This document shows positions 38,415 through 49,079 of a stretch of 64,000 nt of DNA, piece by piece. Each line of letters starts with the position of its first letter. Position 1 is the stretch's first letter. The notes beneath the pieces were generated by a model, which saw only the letters and a list, made by a program, of their open reading frames with translations, searched no databases and was not told where the DNA came from. Source of the stretch: an uncultured archaeon (lineage in GTDB: Archaea; Thermoplasmatota; Thermoplasmata; Thermoplasmatales; Thermoplasmataceae); assembly GCA_000965745.1 (NCBI GenBank), contig CP009479.1:1824001-1888000 (forward strand), in the 5' to 3' direction. The position numbers and the translations under genes were made by a program.

Positions 38415-41400
38415 TCACAATAGCCTTCTATCATCAAGGATCTTGCCGTTCCGGTTTATTCTCTCAATTGCCTCGCTTATTGCCCTGTCCAGTTGGGGGT
38501 CCGACCCTTCTGCAAAGTTTTCGGGTGGATATTCCACCTCAATTGTCGGATCGGTACCATAGTTTTCAACATTCCATCCGACATCCTTGAACCAGAATGC
38601 GTATTGGGGCTGGGTGATTATGGTTCCGTCGACGAGATTGTGTCTTGGGTCAATACCCACGACACCGCCCCATGTTCGTGTCCCTATCAGCGGGCCGATA
38701 CCGTACAGCTTGAAGGAATGGCTGAAAATATCGCCGTCCGACCCGGCGAATTCATTGGTAACGGCAACTATTGGCCCATTCACGGAATATTGGGGGTAGT
38801 GCTGAAGCTTTCCCTTCCTTGGTTTGTCGAACCCAATAATCTTGCGGTTCAGCTTTTCCAGGATAAGTTCTGAAACATGCCCGCCCCCATTGTACCTTAC
38901 ATCCACAATAAGCCCCTCATGGCTGGATTCCTCGGGGAGAAGCCTGTGGAATTCGTTGAAGCCGTTCGGCCCCATGTCGGGAATATGGAGGTATCCTACC
39001 TTTCCGCCACTCTTTTCATGGACATACTTTCTGTTACTTTCAACCCATGATCTGTATAAGAGCATCTTATCCTGCACGAGAGTCCTGACAAAAGTCGTGA
39101 ATTTCCTTGTTCCCGTGTTTATACCGAGGATTGCATCCTCCCCCGCGTGATTGACAAGAGCCGCGTGGGGCGTGTATGTTTCGGTAAGCTTCTTGCCATT
39201 GATAGTTTCAATGACGTACCCTTCCCTGATCTCTTCATGAGCCATCAGAAGTGGCGATTTCTCATTCTCGTTTGACGGGTTTCCAAGGTAAATATGCCTG
39301 ATCGCATACCCATCTACTGTGTATTCCAGGTCGGCGCCAAGTTTTCCGACTGAAAACGCACCCTCCTGGGAAATTTCCGGGTTAATCTCGTATGCGTGGG
39401 ATGTGCCGAGTTCCCCCTGCAGTTCCCTTATGACGTCGGAGAGCTCGTACCTGGATCCGATCCTGTCCAGAAGGGGTTCGTATTTCCTGTATTCGTCCAG
39501 CCAGGAGTCACATACCTTTTCACTGTTCCAGTAATTTTCCCTCATGAGCCTCCATGCCTCCCTGAACATCTGTTTCCATTCCTCGGCAGGCTCTATCCTG
39601 CATTTTATCCTCCCCGTATCTATATAGCCTGAGGACCTTGAGGGGGATTCCTCGCCGGACATTTTCTCCTCAGTCTTATCTGGCTTGATCACCCTGAACA
39701 GTGAAGCTGCTTCAACCATGATGCTTTTCAAGTCCCCGCTCAACACTGCAGATGAGACGCCGGATATGACCGTGATAGTGTTTCCGTCCTCAAGACTGTA
39801 GGCTATAAGTTCGCCGTTCGGCCGGCCAGGCTTGCCAAACAATGACGTGCCCATTGATCCTTCTACGGGGAATTTCAAAAACATGACACGGTCTTCAGTG
39901 GCGAGAAGTTGTGAGTAATTGGAGCTGCCAACGGGAAAGGGCTCTGACCTGTACTCAATCCCTTCAAGTTCCACAGAAGCGTCAACCTCCTCTTCTTTAT
40001 CCTCTTTCCTGAACGTATCAGGAACCACCCGGAAGGGTGAGCTGACATCTTTTCTGAGTGCAGCAGCATAAGGCTTAGATGCGGTCGGGTACCCGAGATC
40101 GAATACTACTTTGTCGTATACGGGGTCAAGTGTTCTTCTTGAAAGGTAGTATAGATAGCGGTTCTTTGGGTCAAAATACGGGGAATAGTCCACAGATCCG
40201 GTGGTTGTGACCTGGCACTTCTCCCCTTTCTCAATGTCGGCGATCATAATGACGCTGCCCTCACCTTCTGTGGGGCTTGTGTAAGACAGGAATTTGCCGT
40301 TGAAGTTCCATACTGGATCTCCAATGATTCCATTTTTATTCTCATCCAGAAGGCGCACCTCCCCAGACGGCACTCCAGCCAGAAACAACTGGAACCTGTT
40401 GTTCGATATTGCCAGATTTTCGCCGTCTGGCGATGGGGCCAGGTATTCGATTGTACCGAAATCGCCCTCCAGATATTTCAGTGAAAAATCACGCACATCG
40501 AAAATGAATATCCTTTCTTCAGGTCCGTCGTCGATGACTCCGGCAACCTTCCGCCGGATGTTTCCAAGAAAACAGGCCAGCCTGATCCTCCCGGGAACGT
40601 AGTTTGATACTTCGACCACCGGGCCTTCCCAGTTTCCCATCGCGAAAAGGTGTCCGCGCACCACATAAAGGGATGCCTCACCATTGTGGTTGAGATCGTA
40701 TTCGGTCATAAATTTCTCATTTTCAACGAACCTTGGCAACTTCTTTCTTCCCGTTTGTCGCGTGTCTATTTCTACTTTTGAAGCTTTTCCGTTTTCCGGT
40801 GAGAACTCGTAGATGTCGCCACCGTTCTGAAATACGATTTTAGACCCGTCCCCTTTGGCATTTCTCACATAATACCTGTCGAAATCGGTGTGTTTCCTCA
40901 GTCCCCTGCCATCAAGATCAACGGAGTAGAGATTGCCATGCCCCTCGTGGTCAGATATGAAGTACAATCTGTCCTTCAGGAGGACGGGAGAATTTATGTT
41001 TGAGTCCATTTCCAGGAATTTGCTGAATTTTTTTCCGCCGTCAGACGAGATCCATATCTTTCCTCTTAAGCCACCTTTGTATCTTTTCCAGAATGTCAGA
41101 TCATTGGTGTTTCTCCCCAGGAATATTGTCTGCCCCCGGTAGATTATTGACGTCGCGGGACCGTAGCCGACTGGAACGGGGTACCCTCCCATCAGGTCAA
41201 GAGTAAACAGTTCGTTTACCCTGCTGAATGGGTTCTTCATGTCCGATGAAACCACGAGTTTACCATCGGGAGTCCACCCGGCAATATCAGTTCCTGGTGA
41301 GCCCATGTGTGTGAGCTGCCTGATCTCTCCTCCCTCTGTTGGTATGGCAAATATTTCTGAGACGGTGGAATTTTCTCCCCTTTTCAATACAAATGCTATG

Positions 41401-41561
41401 TTTTTGCCGTCCGGGGAGAAAGAAGGGCTAGCTATTACACCTGAATTTGAAACAATTCTTGCAATACTTGCCTTCTTAGTGTCATGCAGCCAGAGGTCGT
41501 CCTCTGATGTGAAAACTATGTTGTTTCCTGAAACAGCCGGGTATGAATAATAAGAGGCCAT
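38415..41561 (-). CDS. tri: Tricorn protease (S41)
   Basis: 1048 aa; WKRYKGG, TSHAY, YLHIPDM, DVRYNGGG, AGSDGD, RTWGG. Confidence 0.96.
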   Translation of the reverse strand: MASYYSYPAVSGNNIVFTSEDDLWLHDTKKASIARIVSNSGVIASPSFSPDGKNIAFVLKRGENSTVSEIFAIPTEGGEIRQLTHMGSPGTDIAGWTPDGKLVVSSDMKNPFSRVNELFTLDLMGGYPVPVGYGPATSIIYRGQTIFLGRNTNDLTFWKRYKGGLRGKIWISSDGGKKFSKFLEMDSNINSPVLLKDRLYFISDHEGHGNLYSVDLDGRGLRKHTDFDRYYVRNAKGDGSKIVFQNGGDIYEFSPENGKASKVEIDTRQTGRKKLPRFVENEKFMTEYDLNHNGEASLYVVRGHLFAMGNWEGPVVEVSNYVPGRIRLACFLGNIRRKVAGVIDDGPEERIFIFDVRDFSLKYLEGDFGTIEYLAPSPDGENLAISNNRFQLFLAGVPSGEVRLLDENKNGIIGDPVWNFNGKFLSYTSPTEGEGSVIMIADIEKGEKCQVTTTGSVDYSPYFDPKNRYLYYLSRRTLDPVYDKVVFDLGYPTASKPYAAALRKDVSSPFRVVPDTFRKEDKEEEVDASVELEGIEYRSEPFPVGSSNYSQLLATEDRVMFLKFPVEGSMGTSLFGKPGRPNGELIAYSLEDGNTITVISGVSSAVLSGDLKSIMVEAASLFRVIKPDKTEEKMSGEESPSRSSGYIDTGRIKCRIEPAEEWKQMFREAWRLMRENYWNSEKVCDSWLDEYRKYEPLLDRIGSRYELSDVIRELQGELGTSHAYEINPEISQEGAFSVGKLGADLEYTVDGYAIRHIYLGNPSNENEKSPLLMAHEEIREGYVIETINGKKLTETYTPHAALVNHAGEDAILGINTGTRKFTTFVRTLVQDKMLLYRSWVESNRKYVHEKSGGKVGYLHIPDMGPNGFNEFHRLLPEESSHEGLIVDVRYNGGGHVSELILEKLNRKIIGFDKPRKGKLQHYPQYSVNGPIVAVTNEFAGSDGDIFSHSFKLYGIGPLIGTRTWGGVVGIDPRHNLVDGTIITQPQYAFWFKDVGWNVENYGTDPTIEVEYPPENFAEGSDPQLDRAISEAIERINRNGKILDDRRLL

Positions 41562-41641
41562 GCGGAGTGATAAAGACCTGATTCAATATGTCTTCGCATT
41601 AAAGCCCGTAATGTTTAAATCAGGTTTGGAATGAACAGTGC

Positions 41642-43072
41642 GTGTACATAGTCCGCTATTCTGAGATCGGCCTCAAGGGTACCAAGGCTAGGGAGAGGAT
41701 GGAGCAGTTGCTCGTAAGGAACATATCCAAGGGCCTCGGTGAACTATCCGTGGAGGCGACCATCAAACGTGGCTTCGGCAGGATTTATATCACTGGCGAA
41801 ACGGATTCCGATCGGGCGGCAGACGTACTCTCCCGGACAATGGGGGTCAAGAATTACTCCAGGGCGATTCATAGCAGGTTCACCAGGCTGGAAGACATAA
41901 CGTCCAAGGCCGTGGAGCTATGGGCTGATAAGGTGAATGGGAAAAGCTTTGCCGTGCGTGCCAGGAGAACAGGCCAGCACGATTTCAGCAGCAGGGACAT
42001 AATGAGGGCTGTCGGAGATGCGGTCTACCCATATGCTGGCAGGGTAAACCTTGTAAATCCTGATGTTGAGATTAATGTTGAGGTCAGGGAAAATTCCGCA
42101 TATTACTTCGGGGAATATAGCCCCGGACCGGGAGGCCTTCCTCTTGGAAGTGAAGGGAAGCTGGTCGCGCTTGTTTCGGGTGGAATAGATTCCCCTGTTG
42201 CTGCCTGGAGCGTTATGAAGAGGGGCTGCCCGACGGATCTGATATTCTGCTCACTTGCCCATCCAGTGGACACGAGAGATTTTCTGATAGCTGCAAAGGC
42301 GCTCAATGATAACTGGGGCCACGGATATGATCCGAAGATTCACATCATAAACGGTTCTAAACTTGTCGGTGAACTCACAGACAGGTCAAAATTCAAGCTT
42401 GCAAACATAACGTTCAAGAGGATTCTCTATCTTCTGGCCGAGAGAATTGCAAAGAAATCAAAGGCGCATGGCATAGTCACAGGCGAGTCGCTGGGCCAGG
42501 TTTCCTCGCAGACACCTGAAAGCCTTCATGCGACCAGCCATAATCTGGAAGTACCAGTGATGAGGCCGATGCTTGGATTTGACAAGGACGACATAGTTGC
42601 ACTGTCCCGGAAGATTGGCACCTTTCCCGAAAGTTCCAAAGGGGAGTTTTGTTCCCTGTTTGCTGCACACCCGATAACCAGGCCCACGATTTCAGAATTA
42701 GAAGAAGACATGAAGAATTTTGACTTCCTTGAGCACCTGATTGGTAATGATACCGTCATAAGAGGATCAGAAATTGCAGACTTCCTTTCATCTCTCGGTG
42801 AATCCGATGTCGAAGCGTCAGAAGTTCCAATGAATTCTATCGTGGTCGATTTGAGGTCGAAAGACAAGTATGAACAATGGCATTTTCCAGGTGCGGTGAA
42901 TATGGATCTCCAGGCTGTCGATCAGCTTTTTTCGTCCCGGGACGGAAATACATACATTTTTTATTGCATGAAAGGACTGCAGAGTGCTTACGCCGCAAGC
43001 AGGGCAAGGGCGATGGGGACAACTGCGTACTTCATTTCCGAAGACAAACTTCGAAAGAAAGTGGAAGCTTAA
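41642..43072 (+). CDS. thiI: tRNA 4-thiouridine synthase with C-terminal rhodanese domain
   Basis: VRYSEIGLKG, THUMP domain, SGGIDSPVA, GESLGQVSSQT, YCMKG. Confidence 0.93.
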   Translation: MYIVRYSEIGLKGTKARERMEQLLVRNISKGLGELSVEATIKRGFGRIYITGETDSDRAADVLSRTMGVKNYSRAIHSRFTRLEDITSKAVELWADKVNGKSFAVRARRTGQHDFSSRDIMRAVGDAVYPYAGRVNLVNPDVEINVEVRENSAYYFGEYSPGPGGLPLGSEGKLVALVSGGIDSPVAAWSVMKRGCPTDLIFCSLAHPVDTRDFLIAAKALNDNWGHGYDPKIHIINGSKLVGELTDRSKFKLANITFKRILYLLAERIAKKSKAHGIVTGESLGQVSSQTPESLHATSHNLEVPVMRPMLGFDKDDIVALSRKIGTFPESSKGEFCSLFAAHPITRPTISELEEDMKNFDFLEHLIGNDTVIRGSEIADFLSSLGESDVEASEVPMNSIVVDLRSKDKYEQWHFPGAVNMDLQAVDQLFSSRDGNTYIFYCMKGLQSAYAASRARAMGTTAYFISEDKLRKKVEA

Positions 43073-43112
43073 CCCGGTCCAATATTAAATAACGCCACTG
43101 GCATATTGAACC

Positions 43113-43532
43113 ATGGACCATCCTGAATTGCGATCCGGATCATCTCGAAAACAGGCCGGCCTCGTGGTTCTTTATGATGGATACTGTCCAGTATGCAGAA
43201 GGTCTGCCCGCATCATACGTAAAATGGATATCCTTGGCATAATCGAGCTCAGAAAATACCAGGACTTTCCGCTGGAAAAACTTCCGGTATCGCTTGAACG
43301 TCTTGGAAAGCGCGTCCAGGCCTGTGATCCTGAATTAAGGGTCTGCAACGAGGGCATTTTCGCCTTCAGTTCCATCCTGATTCGAATACCTCCATTGTTC
43401 ATTCCTGCAGTAATCTCTTTCATTCTTGGGAAACTTGGAATAGGCCAGAGATTTTATGATTTTATCTCTGATAACAGGTATCATCTCCCGTTTTCCGGAA
43501 TGTCAAGAATTTTGCTCGGATCTGATGAATGA
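43113..43532 (+). CDS. DCC-family (DUF393) thiol-disulfide oxidoreductase
   Basis: LYDGYCPVC; YDFISDNRY. Confidence 0.85.
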   Translation: MDHPELRSGSSRKQAGLVVLYDGYCPVCRRSARIIRKMDILGIIELRKYQDFPLEKLPVSLERLGKRVQACDPELRVCNEGIFAFSSILIRIPPLFIPAVISFILGKLGIGQRFYDFISDNRYHLPFSGMSRILLGSDE

Positions 43533-43535
43533 AGC

Positions 43536-43997
43536 ATGAAAATTTCGGGTAAAGTAATAATCCCGGATCCAATCTGCATGACGAAAATGGCCAAAGACAG
43601 TTTATTCTTGTCCTCATTCATGCTTGCCTCGTCGGCCTTCGTCTCTATCGGGGCATTCCTTCTGAGATATTATTCCATGGTTCCGGTAATGCTCACTTAC
43701 TTGACCGCCGCAGCAGTGCTGTCAGTTCTCATTACTTCGTTCTTCGTCCACAGGGGTAGCAGACTTGCAATGAACATTGGTGTGATATTGTCGGCCCTGG
43801 CAATATTGTCTTCACTGTCCTCCATAAGCCATCTTGAAGCAATGACCCGGATTTTTCGTGGAGGCCTGATAACAGTTCTTGACCTTCTCGAAATACTCGG
43901 CTTCTATGCGTTCCCTCTCCTGTACATTTTTTACTGGGCTGTGGCTGCAAGAAAGAGGGGGCCGAAATCAACCGGGCTGAAAGAAAGCCGCGACTAG
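43536..43997 (+). CDS. Membrane protein (~4 TM)
   Basis: Hydrophobic ORF; start uncertain. Confidence 0.65.
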   Translation: MKISGKVIIPDPICMTKMAKDSLFLSSFMLASSAFVSIGAFLLRYYSMVPVMLTYLTAAAVLSVLITSFFVHRGSRLAMNIGVILSALAILSSLSSISHLEAMTRIFRGGLITVLDLLEILGFYAFPLLYIFYWAVAARKRGPKSTGLKESRD

Positions 43998-44512
43998 GCA
44001 AACTCGTTCCAGTATGATTTCCTTGACCTTTCAAGAGAACGCTGAATTTCTGCCTCCTTTATGGCAATTTCAACAGCTTCTTCCGGATCAGATATCTTGA
44101 TAAATTTCCCGTCGCCGGGCTTGAGGTTGTTAATCGCCATGTCACCGAGGGAGATAACTGATTTCCCTTCTGTGATTGCAAATGACGCCTCGGAAAGGGT
44201 TCCTGAAGACCCCTGCAGCGCTATTACGGAGTCAGCAGCACGAATTATCAGGAAATTTCTGGCATATCCGATTCCAGTTGGAAGGCTAACCGAAAGGTAC
44301 TTGTTGCCGTTCTCAGGGTTTGTTCCAGGGATGATGCCTACTATCAGCCCCTCGTTTTCGTATGCTCCACGGGAGACGCATTCCATTACGCCCTCGCCCC
44401 CTCCATTAATTAATGCAACTCCTTTCTGGGCCAGAAGCTTTCCTATGGTGTATGCGCCTGCGCATGCCTCTCCGTGTTCAGTGCTACCCCCAATTACAGC
44501 GATGTTATACAT
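43994..44512 (-). CDS. LOG-like Rossmann-fold protein (TIGR00725-like)
   Basis: GGGEGVME, GIIP, ARN, GTLSE. Confidence 0.85.
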   Translation of the reverse strand: MYNIAVIGGSTEHGEACAGAYTIGKLLAQKGVALINGGGEGVMECVSRGAYENEGLIVGIIPGTNPENGNKYLSVSLPTGIGYARNFLIIRAADSVIALQGSSGTLSEASFAITEGKSVISLGDMAINNLKPGDGKFIKISDPEEAVEIAIKEAEIQRSLERSRKSYWNEFA

Positions 44513-44643
44513 TTATCACACCTTCAGGTCAACCCTGGAGCTAACCGGACAGTTTAGAATATCGTATTGTGTCAAGATTGAAAATTTTGTGCCTGCCTGA
44601 AAATTTATGAAAGTGTTAAATGACAATTAGTATCTAGGTGAGG

Positions 44644-45444
44644 ATGACATTTTCGGTGGTTTTCCATGATCGGGAAACAAAGACATGGGGAGTAGGAGTT
44701 GCCAGCAAGTTTATCTCAGTGGGATCTGTAGTTCCGTGGGCCAAAGCAGGGCATGGTGCAGTTGCTACCCAGTCCTTTTCAAACTATTCTTACGGGCCTC
44801 ATGGGCTGGAGCTGCTAAGGGACAAAGATGCGTCAACCGTATTGAACCTGCTTACATCCGATGATCCCTTGAGAGAAACAAGGCAGGCCGCAGTTGTTGA
44901 TAGAAATGGAAATGTTGCGGCACACACCGGAAGCAAATGTATGGACTTTGCAGGCCACATAACCGGCGATGGGTTCTCAGTTCAGGGAAACATACTCGCC
45001 GGAAGGGAAGTAATCGAGGCCATGGCAAAGGAAATGGAGAAAGGCGGGCCAGTCCTTGAGAGAATATTAAGGACGCTTGAGGCAGGAGATTCCAAAGGGG
45101 GAGACAGAAGGGGGAGGCAGAGTGCCGCAATACTCATAGCAACAGAAGGAAAACCCTTCGAAGAGTTTTCAGACAGATGGGTTGACCTCAGAGTCGATGA
45201 CTCCATCGAGCCGTTTAAGGAGATGAGAAAGCTGTCCCTGCTCTGGGAGGCCACATTCTTTGACCAGGAGATGGTATCCATCAAAGACCATGAGGCGGAA
45301 ATCAACCCTGCCCTGAAGAAGGCAGGCTACAGCTCCCTGAGAGAATGGGCGGACAACAACAATTTCACGGACAAGGTAACAGAGCTGAAAATTGGCGATA
45401 AGGTTCTTGAGGCACTGGTAACGGGTGCAAGAAGCGAATGGTGA
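44644..45444 (+). CDS. DUF1028 (Ntn-hydrolase-like) protein
   Basis: MTFSVV, GAVATQS, GGDRRG.QSA, DLRVD. Confidence 0.88.
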   Translation: MTFSVVFHDRETKTWGVGVASKFISVGSVVPWAKAGHGAVATQSFSNYSYGPHGLELLRDKDASTVLNLLTSDDPLRETRQAAVVDRNGNVAAHTGSKCMDFAGHITGDGFSVQGNILAGREVIEAMAKEMEKGGPVLERILRTLEAGDSKGGDRRGRQSAAILIATEGKPFEEFSDRWVDLRVDDSIEPFKEMRKLSLLWEATFFDQEMVSIKDHEAEINPALKKAGYSSLREWADNNNFTDKVTELKIGDKVLEALVTGARSEW

Positions 45445-45514
45445 TCTCGCCATCTCCGCCGGGAACTTCATAAAAAAAGCTAATAGTTAAAAAAATATAT
45501 TCCTCAACAATAAG

Positions 45515-45886
45515 GTGGCGTTACAAATGAATGGATCCTTTGCATCAAGAAAAGTGGATCAGCTTAACCCGTACGACATTCAGGAGATGATGGAAGAAGA
45601 CAACGAAAACGTTGTTGTCCTGGATGTGAGGGAGCCATGGGAATACAATGGCGATACCGGTCACGTAAAGGATTCCCTGCACATACCAATGGGGGAAGTT
45701 CCAGACAGGGTAGAGGAGCTCAGGAAGCTTATAAACAAGAATATTGCAGTCATATGCAATAGCGGGAACAGGAGCTACAGCGTATGCGAGTACCTTAAGG
45801 AAAACGGTTTCGACAAGGTTTACAACATACGTGGCGGCATTATTCAATGGCACCTGTCCGGGCTCGATGTTGAATACGGGGACTAG
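45515..45886 (+). CDS. Rhodanese domain protein
   Basis: LDVREPWE, ICNSGNRS, GGI..W; start uncertain. Confidence 0.88.
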   Translation: MALQMNGSFASRKVDQLNPYDIQEMMEEDNENVVVLDVREPWEYNGDTGHVKDSLHIPMGEVPDRVEELRKLINKNIAVICNSGNRSYSVCEYLKENGFDKVYNIRGGIIQWHLSGLDVEYGD

Positions 45887-45929
45887 GCGCCCACAAATCC
45901 TTTTTTTATTATTTTGTGTTACATAAAAC

Positions 45930-47240
45930 ATGAAGGTGGAGAATCTAGAGTCTGTTTCCACAAATCCGAGAAGGCGGAAGATTCTGGAACAGCTCCCGGA
46001 TATCTTCCATAAGCTCGACCCGGAAAATGTTTGTCGCGAGAAGGGGGCAGAGTTAAAGCAGTCGCCGAAAAAATCGGGCAGGACGTACGTAATTGGCTTT
46101 GGCAAAGCCTCCCTTAAGATGTACAAAGGCATCAGAAGCTCATTCGTTGACTGCATTGACGGTGCATACATCATTGTCCCGGATGATGAGATCATTGATT
46201 CAACGTTTCCTGAGTTGACAGTACTTGAAGGCACACATCCTGTCCCAGACGGAAAGTCGGTCAGTTCTACTGAAAAGATTCTTCGCTCCCTTGAAGATCT
46301 CAATGAGGAGGACACAGTATTTGTTTTAATCTCCGGAGGCGGATCAGCACTATTTGAAAGCCCGGTTGAGGGCGTCACCATAGAGGACATTGGGAAAGCC
46401 TCTGAATGCCTCATGGATGCCGATGCGGACATATATGAGCTGAATACTTTCAGGAAGTTTTTCTCCAGGGTAAAGGGAGGGAGGCTGGCCAATCTTCTAA
46501 GGCCTGCGAGAGTGATCGGCCTCGTTATATCCGATGTCTTTGGGGACGACCTTTCTATGATAGCCTCCGGACCGCTTACATACACCGAATATAAAGAGCA
46601 GGATCTTGAGGACATCATTGGAAAATATGGGCAAAGATGTCCCATTCTGAAAGAGATGGGAAGCAAGTCCGCAATAGCAGGGCCGGATTCTTCTGCTTTC
46701 ACGAACGTTCAATTGCACGTTGTCTTAAGGAACCGGGATTTTGTGAATGAATTCTACAATACATTCAATCACTGGGGAGCGGACTGCATAAACCTGGGTT
46801 CCGATGTCAATGGAGATGTGCAGAGCGTGGCTGACAGGGTGATATCCATTATCAGGTCTGCGAGGAGCATCAAGAGGAACGGGTTCTGGTTCACATTCGG
46901 CGGTGAAACCACTGTTAAGGTCAGGGGGGACGGACAGGGAGGAAGGAACCAGGAACTTTCGCTGCGAGTCCTTAAACGGATGAAAGACCAGGATTTTCTC
47001 TTCATGAGCATAGGAACTGATGGCATTGACGGAAAGAGCCCTGCAATGGGCGCTATTGTCGACTCGGAACTCAGAAAAAAACTCACAGACGAAGAAATAG
47101 ACAGATCCATCGCATCGAGTGATTCGTACACGTTGTTGAACAGTTATAACAGTGCAATCATTACAGGAAGAACTGGAACAAATGTTTCTGATATAGCAGT
47201 CGGATACTTTGGTGGCAGTCAGAGAGATGAGGATGATTGA
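45930..47240 (+). CDS. gck: Glycerate 2-kinase (MOFRL family)
   Basis: GFGKAS, HPVPD, ISGGGSAL, GGETTV, GGRNQE, TDGIDG, TGTNV. Confidence 0.92.
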   Translation: MKVENLESVSTNPRRRKILEQLPDIFHKLDPENVCREKGAELKQSPKKSGRTYVIGFGKASLKMYKGIRSSFVDCIDGAYIIVPDDEIIDSTFPELTVLEGTHPVPDGKSVSSTEKILRSLEDLNEEDTVFVLISGGGSALFESPVEGVTIEDIGKASECLMDADADIYELNTFRKFFSRVKGGRLANLLRPARVIGLVISDVFGDDLSMIASGPLTYTEYKEQDLEDIIGKYGQRCPILKEMGSKSAIAGPDSSAFTNVQLHVVLRNRDFVNEFYNTFNHWGADCINLGSDVNGDVQSVADRVISIIRSARSIKRNGFWFTFGGETTVKVRGDGQGGRNQELSLRVLKRMKDQDFLFMSIGTDGIDGKSPAMGAIVDSELRKKLTDEEIDRSIASSDSYTLLNSYNSAIITGRTGTNVSDIAVGYFGGSQRDEDD

Positions 47241-47989
47241 AGGTTGTTAAGGGAAGGGAACAGGTTGGGGTTTACGATGAATCCTGCAGGGAAATCAGAA
47301 TAAGAAACAGAACCTATGAGGTTCCGCCAAACCTGATCATATCGACCGGAGATACAGTGACTGTCAAGGGTGATCGGTATGATGTGCTGGACTACAACCC
47401 GTCCTGGTTTGCCGTTGTTGCCAGGAGAGGAGCGCAGATCATACATTCAAAGGATGCTGCATACATCATATCCAGGGCAGGAATTTCTCATGGTGATACG
47501 GTACTGGAGGCGGGGGTAGGTTCAGGCGCGCTCTCTTCTGCACTTCTTTGGGCTGTTGGCAAAAATGGGAAACTTTTCAGCGTCGAATCAGACCGTTCCG
47601 CTATTGAGCGCGCCAGGGAAAATGTCTCGAATTTTCAAGTGATAGAAGACTGGGAAATAATACAGGGAGATGTGAGAACCGATCTTCTTCCCACGGATCT
47701 GGATTGCATTATCCTGGACATTCCTGACCCATGGGATGCTGTGGGGAATTCAATCAGGTCGTTAAAGACGGGTGGCCACCTTGTGACGTACTCGCCGACG
47801 TTCAACCAGACAGAAAGAAATGTAGCCGAAATGGAAGCTGCCGGAATGTCTGTTGTGGAGACTGTTGAGATCACTAAGAGGAACATCCTGGTAAGGCCCG
47901 ATGCGACAAGGCCGGACCATCAGATGATAGGGCATACCGCTTTTATTACGTTTGGAGTTAAAAAGTCAGGCCACTCTGTCGAATTATAA
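47237..47989 (+). CDS. trmI: tRNA (adenine-N1)-methyltransferase
   Basis: AQII..KD, LEAGVGSG, LDIPDPW, HTAF. Confidence 0.9.
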   Translation: MKVVKGREQVGVYDESCREIRIRNRTYEVPPNLIISTGDTVTVKGDRYDVLDYNPSWFAVVARRGAQIIHSKDAAYIISRAGISHGDTVLEAGVGSGALSSALLWAVGKNGKLFSVESDRSAIERARENVSNFQVIEDWEIIQGDVRTDLLPTDLDCIILDIPDPWDAVGNSIRSLKTGGHLVTYSPTFNQTERNVAEMEAAGMSVVETVEITKRNILVRPDATRPDHQMIGHTAFITFGVKKSGHSVEL

Positions 47990-48003
47990 CAGGTGCTGTA
48001 ACC

Positions 48004-48525
48004 TCACCTTGTAGTGTGGAGAATGTTTTCCAGGCTCCTTTTGCAATTTGGGCAGCAGGCATAGTATGTGTTTCCTTTTGTCTGAAGCTTCAGAGGGGCA
48101 TCAAGAATCTGTTTTCTGCAATAGTCGCAGTAAAGGTCAAAGTCAACTTCATTCTCCTCATATCTTGAAAGTTTATGAACAATCTTCATGCTCCTTACCG
48201 GGAATTTTTCGTACATTGCTTCCTTTCTCAAAACAACGAGAAATGTTCCATCGGATAGTTCGATCGATTCGACCATAAATTCCTCTGGGATGTCAAAGAG
48301 ATTTTCAACCTCGGCGAGCACCATTATGTCTTCGTCTTCGGAATCCACGTTTATTGTGAAATTTCTGATTATGCCTCTCTCGACAAGATTGGATATTATT
48401 CGCGAGACAGTGTTCCTGTTCAACCCTGTCATTTCAGCAATCTCGCTTGCTGACCTCCTTGAATCTTCCTTCAATATTCTAAGAATTTTGGATTCATTAT
48501 AGTTTAAGTTAACAGGCCTCTTCAT
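48004..48525 (-). CDS. Lrp-type HTH regulator with C-terminal TRASH domain (CopR/CopT-like)
   Basis: DSR...SEIA HTH; CDYC...YYACCPNC. Confidence 0.85.
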   Translation of the reverse strand: MKRPVNLNYNESKILRILKEDSRRSASEIAEMTGLNRNTVSRIISNLVERGIIRNFTINVDSEDEDIMVLAEVENLFDIPEEFMVESIELSDGTFLVVLRKEAMYEKFPVRSMKIVHKLSRYEENEVDFDLYCDYCRKQILDAPLKLQTKGNTYYACCPNCKRSLENILHTTR

Positions 48526-48636
48526 CTCTGATGGGATGTCAAGGTCTAATAAAATCCTCTCCCACGGTTTGTAAAATTTCGTCGGCCGTCCCTGGAATCC
48601 AATCAAACATTTTTAAAAATGAAGCAATACCAGTTT

Positions 48637-49014
48637 ATGTTTTCTTACGAGAGACTTGTTGGCAATGACGTTGAGAACACCTTTGGGAGTCTTTCCGCAA
48701 AGCTGAAAAATGCTGGATATATAGTTCTCTCATTCGTTGACGTTAAAGAAATACTGACAAAGAACTTCGGCGGGGATCACCCGGGCTACTACATACTCAA
48801 TGTCTGCAAACCACCAGCAGCAAGGGACCTGATTGGGGAGAATGAGGACATGGGATTGCTGCTGCCATGCAAGATAGTTCTGATCGAAAAGGGTGAGAAA
48901 ACCCGGGTCATGATGCTCCGCGTATCCGAACTTGCACAGAAGTATCTTGGCAGCGATGGAAAAAAAGCAATGGTGTATGAAGAAGAACTTATTTCGGTAC
49001 TCGACAACCTTTAG
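48637..49014 (+). CDS. DUF302 family protein
   Basis: LNVCKP, GLLLPCK; TTTTAAAA about 25 nt before ATG 48637. Confidence 0.85.
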   Translation: MFSYERLVGNDVENTFGSLSAKLKNAGYIVLSFVDVKEILTKNFGGDHPGYYILNVCKPPAARDLIGENEDMGLLLPCKIVLIEKGEKTRVMMLRVSELAQKYLGSDGKKAMVYEEELISVLDNL

Positions 49015-49079
49015 TTTTTCAGGCAGATAGAAGTTGCCTGCACAATAAAAATTATTAGTATCGACCCTATCAACCTTCA

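Noticed and set aside
45545-46702. 385-aa antisense ORF
   Set aside because: Shadow of the glycerate kinase and rhodanese genes; no motifs
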